Shown here one piece after another: positions 58,958 through 64,000 of a stretch of 64,000 bases of DNA (positions within the stretch are counted from its first letter, which is position 1; every line of letters starts with the position of its first letter). The notes beneath the pieces were generated by a model. The model searched no databases. It was not told where the DNA came from and worked only from the letters and a program-made list of their open reading frames with translations. The position numbers and the translations under genes were made by a program. The DNA is from Lama guanicoe (lineage: Eukaryota): NCBI GenBank assembly GCA_013239625.1, contig MU054831.1, positions 373,457-437,456 on the forward strand. The letters run 5' to 3'.

Positions 58958-60655
58958 GTGACGGCCCGTGCTCACTCTTCCTGTTGACTGTAAGATGCTC
59001 CCCCAGATCCTGGCCAGGCCTGAGGCCTCGCGGACATGCCTCTCAGCGCCGTGCTTTTGGGGTAGGCAGGCCCAGCAGTGCTGTGCACTCTGCTTTGCAC
59101 TGCCCTTGTGTGCAGGCCAGTAGCAAATGTCAGATTTAAAATGTGGGCAACTTTCTGGAAAGCCAGTGGACTTGGCCATTGTGGTTAATGGGATTCTTTT
59201 TCAAAACTGCTGTTCCCAGATGCTTGAGCCAGTCTGGGCTGTGCGGCATCCCAGAGCGCTGTCCGGAGACCGCTCTGAGGATGCAGGCTGGGCTCTGGCT
59301 TCTGCGTTCCCCAGCACAGCTGGCCAGGATCAAGGGCAGTGCTGTCCAGCAGACACGGAGCAGGAGCCAGTACATCTGAAACACTGTCGTTTCGACATCT
59401 CTTTAATGTACAAGTAAAAACTGATATCTTACACTCTTTTTTTTTCCTTCAAAATTTGGTGTATGTTTGTAACTGCAGGACAGCTGAATTTTCACTCAAA
59501 ACCCTTCGTGTTCAGACTTCATGGAATTTTCAGTTGAAAGAGCAGATTGTTTTACTCTCTGTTGTTCCAAACAGTCTTTAAAGTTTTCAATAACTGAATG
59601 GAGTATCAGCTCTTAAGTTGACACTAATTGGAATTAAAAACTTACTTCGTCAGCTACACGAAGTAAGTTTCACGTGCTCGTTTCTAGGCGGTGGAGACCC
59701 TGACACTGCTGCCCGCTTTGGATCTGGGTGCCTGCAGGGCTGGGTCTAATACATAGTCGAGCAACCCTACGGGGTCTGCGTTTCCCTTTCTAGATGGAGC
59801 AAGGCACTGTCAGCACGGAGTCTTTGCTGGTGTGTGGGGATAGCATGGCCACGCGGCCAGAAGTGGTGAACCCAGAGTCAGATGTGGGCCTGTCTGAGTC
59901 CAAAGGGCGTCCCTCTGTGCACGTCTGCCCGCAGTCGTTTTGATTGGGCTCCACCGTTGCCAGACACCGTGCTCAGCCCCAGAAGTCTGGCGTGGTCCAG
60001 ACAGCCACTCTCTGCTTTCGTGCAGCTGTGGGTGACAGGACAGAGGGGGAATGTTAGGGTGCTCTGGGGGGGAGCCCTTCATTATTAGGGACCTGGTCTC
60101 CACAAGGCTGGTGCTCCCTGCAGGGCTGGGGGAGGTGAGGGGTCCCGCAGGCTTTCGGCATCATGCTTTACAGTGCATAGTCGGCTGGAGCTGGCCTGGA
60201 GGGGGTTCCCCCAGCCTGGGGCGGCTCTGTGGCTTTGTTCTGCACATGTAAGAGCTGGCAGTGTGCCAGGTATTGTGGCTGTGCTTTTTTAAGATAAGGA
60301 TTAGGTGACTCTCTGAAGGGCTTAAAAATCTCTGTGGCAAGGCCTGCCTTCAAGAAGCTCACCCCTCCGGTGGGTGGGGGCACCGGTGTCTGAGCTGACC
60401 ATTCACGGGGCAGGGGGGTGCTGTCAGGGTCAGAGTCTGGCCCTTGCAGTTCGTAGGCCGCCCTGGAGGGCGCTGGGCCTGGTGACCTGCCGGGGCCCTG
60501 CCCGGCTGCTGTGAGAAGGGAGGGGAGCTGTCGCTCCCGGTGGTACGGTTTTCGCTACTGTTTCATTGCGGCGGTTGTTCCCGTTAAAACCTCCTTGGTG
60601 TTTTCCTCTAATGCTGAAAGCAGTGTGCTTCCTTAATCTCTGTTGGCCGGTCCAG

Positions 60656-60813
60656 TTGCCACTTTAAACTCAGAAGAGGAGAGCGACCCTCCAACCTACA
60701 AGGATGCCTTCCCCCCACTCCCTGAGAAAGCAGCTTGCTTGGAAAACGCCCAGGAACCAGCCGGCGCCTGGAGTAACAAGATCCGGCCCATCAAGGCCTC
60801 GGTCATCACTCAG
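60656..60813 (+). CDS. HDLBP: Vigilin coding exon 2 ((V)ATLNSEEESDPPTYKDAFPPLPEKAACLENAQEPAGAWSNKIRPIKASVITQ)
   Basis: 158 nt; gtccag| acceptor and CAG|gtagga donor; frame continuous; DAFPPL motif. Confidence 0.96.
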
Positions 60814-61906
60814 GTAGGAGGTCCACTATGCCTTCCCCTGACCCTCCACGTAGGAGGTAGTAGCATCCGATGGAAGACACAGAAATGAGAGTGCTCTGGG
60901 CGTGCGGGGAGGCTTTCAGGTTGAAGCAGCCTCTTCATTCCACCCGCACTCCCTCCCCTGAGCTCCGGGGAGGGGATGGTCCCCTCTGTCTTCCGTCCAC
61001 CGCAGTCCGGTCTGCTCCCAGCTGCTGAAAGTGCCCTTGCCTTTCCTGCCGTCCACTCCAGCGGCCCCCCGCTGTCCTGACGCAGCCTTCCCCTGTGGGC
61101 TGTTGGGGACCTCCCTGGCCACTCTCTGCTCCCTGGAACTGGGCGTTGGCAGGCGCAATGCTTTCTGTGTGAGTCCACGTCGGGTCATGGGTGCTGACTG
61201 CCAGCTGTGCACTGAGAGAAGTCCCCTTCCCTGAGCCCAGGACTCATAGCCAGCTGTGTTCTGGTTCTTGCTGTCTTTCGAGTGGCTGTCTAAGATGTGC
61301 CTGGTTTCTTCCCGGTCTTCCTGATCTTGTGAATGCATTGCATTCCGCCCAGCAGCTCAGGCCACGAAGCACAGTCCTTTTGGCTCCTCCTGCTTCCACC
61401 CCTGTCTCTGCTCAGTCGTAGGTCAGAACGTGTCCCGCTCAGGACCCTCACTGTCTTCTCATCTCCCTGCAGGGTGGGCTGAGGGGCCCAGCCCCACCCT
61501 TCTGTCTCTGGGCCCACACCCTGCTGTGCTCAGATGCTCCCTGTCTGCTGTCCCGCCTTCATTCTTTGTCACCTCCCAGGAGAGCCCGCTAGTCTTTGCC
61601 TCTTAAGAGCAAAGGAAGAAGGTCTTTCTGACCTTTTTAGCATCTCCGTTCACCCTCCTCCACCCAGCCTCTCTCCCCTCTGTTTGCTTCTGTCACTGAC
61701 TTTGCTTCTCGTTGCCTGACCCTTCCCCCCACCCTCCCCTTGCCACCCGTTTGCACAGGGTGGCTTCTCTTCTTCACTGGGATGTCAGCCTCCTGCCCTT
61801 AGGCACTTTCTGCCACTTTCTTTGCTCAGTGTGTTCAGTCCTAGGCTTCAGTGCCCTCTCCTCTTCTTGATCTCGTGACCGTCTCTTCCTGACCCTTTAT
61901 GAGCAG

Positions 61907-62122
61907 GTGTTCCATGTGCCCTTGGAGGAGAGAAAGTATAAGGACATGAACCAGTTTGGAGAAGGTGAACAAGCAAAAATCTGCCTCGAGATCATGCAGA
62001 GGACAGGCGCTCACCTGGAGCTGTCCCTCGCCAAGGACCAGGGCCTCTCCATCATGGTTTCAGGGAAGCTGGACGCCGTGATGAAAGCTCGGAAGGACAT
62101 TGTTGCTAGGCTGCAGACCCAG
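61907..62122 (+). CDS. HDLBP: Vigilin coding exon 3 (VFHVPLEERKYKDMNQFGEGEQAKICLEIMQRTGAHLELSLAKDQGLSIMVSGKLDAVMKARKDIVARLQTQ); gene continues beyond the window
   Basis: 216 nt; gagcag| acceptor and CAG|gtgagt donor; the divergent N-terminal KH-like domain of vigilin. Confidence 0.97.
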
Positions 62123-64000
62123 GTGAGTATCCCCAGGCCAGTCCCCCCTGGGGCTGCACTCACGCTGCCGGCCGCTGGGGACGTGGCTCGGACTTCACGA
62201 GACTCTGTCCACCAGTGGGCAGGCCCATAGCCCCCTGGTGTTTCTATTGGAAAAGCGCTAAATCAGGAGTAGAACTGGGGCGCCTGCCTTTTGTGCTATT
62301 TGGATGAATGAACTGAAAGTTGAAGGCTTATCCCAGAGTTGCAGACACTTGAATTAGTGGAGTAAGGGCCCCGGTGGACAGACCGGTAGCTCCCAGCTTC
62401 CGCGTGACAGCCAGGGGGTACCTTCGTTGTTACACACATTTCCAGGCCCCAGGCTCGGGCGGCTACAGATTCAGAGTTTGTCTGTTCTTTAGCCCTTGGC
62501 CAGCTGACACCAGTGTCAGAATTTATTTGGGAACCACTGTGATAAATGTCAGTTAGTGATGCAGTCTTCCTGGGGCAGCATCACTATAGACCAAGATAAA
62601 CACAGAGAATCTCACTGAAAGGTCGTGTGACGCTAGAGCCTTAGAGGGCCTGGTTAGAGACGAGCAGCTCTTCCCACCTGCCGCTGCGCTCTTGGGGAAG
62701 CTGGCCTTAGGGGTGGTGGTTGGAAGGTGGGGATCTGATGCCAGAGGGGCCAGGGTGGGTGCGGAGGCAGGGTCTTGGGGAGGGAGCACTGCCCTGTGAG
62801 ATCCCAGCTCGCATACTCACTCAGCCCCCTGGGGCCCGCCCTAAGCCCCTAGCTCCGGGGAATTAAGTCACCAAGTGTAGGAAGTGAAAAATGTGTGTAA
62901 TTGTTTCACATCGTGGCTGGTGTGTGGATTATCATCTACTTGGGGACTGTTTTGCGGCTGAGCAGCGGGCAGGGAGGGAGCACTCCCAGTGCGTCTGCAG
63001 CCCTGGCCACCACCCTCCCCCCACCCCCAGGGCCTTAAAGCAAATCCCACAGTATTCACCTATCAATAATTCCCTTTTAATCCCCCTTTTTAAATACAGC
63101 TACTGTGTCAGCTCCCTCGTTAAAATTATTAGTAATTTCTTGACACACCTACGTTGAACCCAGTCTGTACACAGTCTCCCCCAGGTTTCTGAGGTGCTCC
63201 TGCGGCTGGGTTTTTTTTTCCTTTCAGTACATTCAGCATCTGGGTGAGGCCAGCGCACTGCCGTGCTTGTCAGACCTCGAGTCCCCTTCACTCCGCAGCT
63301 GTGCCCTCTCCTTTTTTCTTAATGCTGCTAGTCTGTTGACTTGGGGGGACAAGCAGGTGTTTAGTCTGTGCCACTGTCCCTCGTATGACGGTCCCTGTGA
63401 ACTGGCAGTGCGACTGGGGGCTGGCTCACGCTGGTGTTGGCTGGTTTGGCAGGAGACGTGTGGGTGGTGCTTGTACTTTGAGTTGATTCCACGAGGGGTC
63501 AGCAGACGGTGGTTCCTGCCCCCCCCCCCCGATTCACTGGTTCTCCTCTGAAGAACTCTCCTTTCGGGTGGGAAGTACAGGGTAGATAACTGACCCCTTT
63601 CCTCTTAACTTCCAGACCATATTGGCTTCCCGGCATCTTTGGTGGTGATCCATGAATCTTTAGTGTCGTTGCAAACTTCTGATGTGTCTGTTAGGTGTTC
63701 TTCAAGCAGAAGTTGCCTCATCTTTGGCAGGTGGGGCCTCCTTCAGGCTGGCATCCTGCAGCATTCTGACAGAATGATTCCAACAGGACCGTTGTCTTGG
63801 ATCACTTCCTCATTTCTAACGCAGAGAGATGTGTGGACTGACCTGAGCCGTTTCCTCCCACAGACCTGAAGTCATCTGTTAGTCCGAGAGCTCTAGACGT
63901 TTACAGCAGGAAGTTGCTTGAGTTCAAACTGCACTTCTAATGCAGATGAAGGATCTTAAGATGGGTTTTGAAGTCACTGAAGTCATTTTCTCTGTTGAGG

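Noticed and set aside
1-64000. Intronic snoRNA/miRNA or a novel multi-gene system
   Set aside because: I saw no convincing C/D or H/ACA box arrangement or pre-miRNA hairpin by eye, and all recognisable coding sequence is explained by SEPT2 and HDLBP. An Infernal/Rfam scan would be needed to exclude small RNAs.

Overview
Mammalian genomic DNA, most likely a camelid (a Vic-1-type tRNA-derived SINE and a camelid-type L1 3' end are present; I saw no Alu, B1 or Bov-tA). The window holds the head-to-head SEPTIN2 (SEPT2) / HDLBP (vigilin) locus. SEPT2 is on the - strand: a non-coding exon 1 near 25.8-25.9 kb plus 11 coding exons (19322 down to 2316) that splice by GT-AG into an intact 1086-nt, 361-aa ORF; its terminal 3'UTR exon appears to lie left of the window. 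HDLBP is on the + strand: a distal exon 1 at the shared CpG-island promoter (~26.1-26.2 kb), a second CpG-island/TATA promoter at ~53.1 kb, a 5'UTR exon at 57.6 kb and the first three coding exons (58882-62122). The rest is intronic, with ancient L1/L2/MIR/MLT/MER repeats and four assembly gaps. Nearly all ORFs in the supplied track are spurious or are exon read-throughs. I find no convincing new multi-gene system. The best leads are: the 3' end of an HNRNPA2B1-like retrocopy downstream of the SEPT2 stop; a candidate in-frame SEPT2 microexon; a candidate LTR-exonised, NMD-triggering 3'UTR exon; a local GC-biased substitution cluster in SEPT2; and tandem stop/start uORFs in the HDLBP leader. 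All comparisons with human sequences and repeat consensuses are from memory, not from an alignment.
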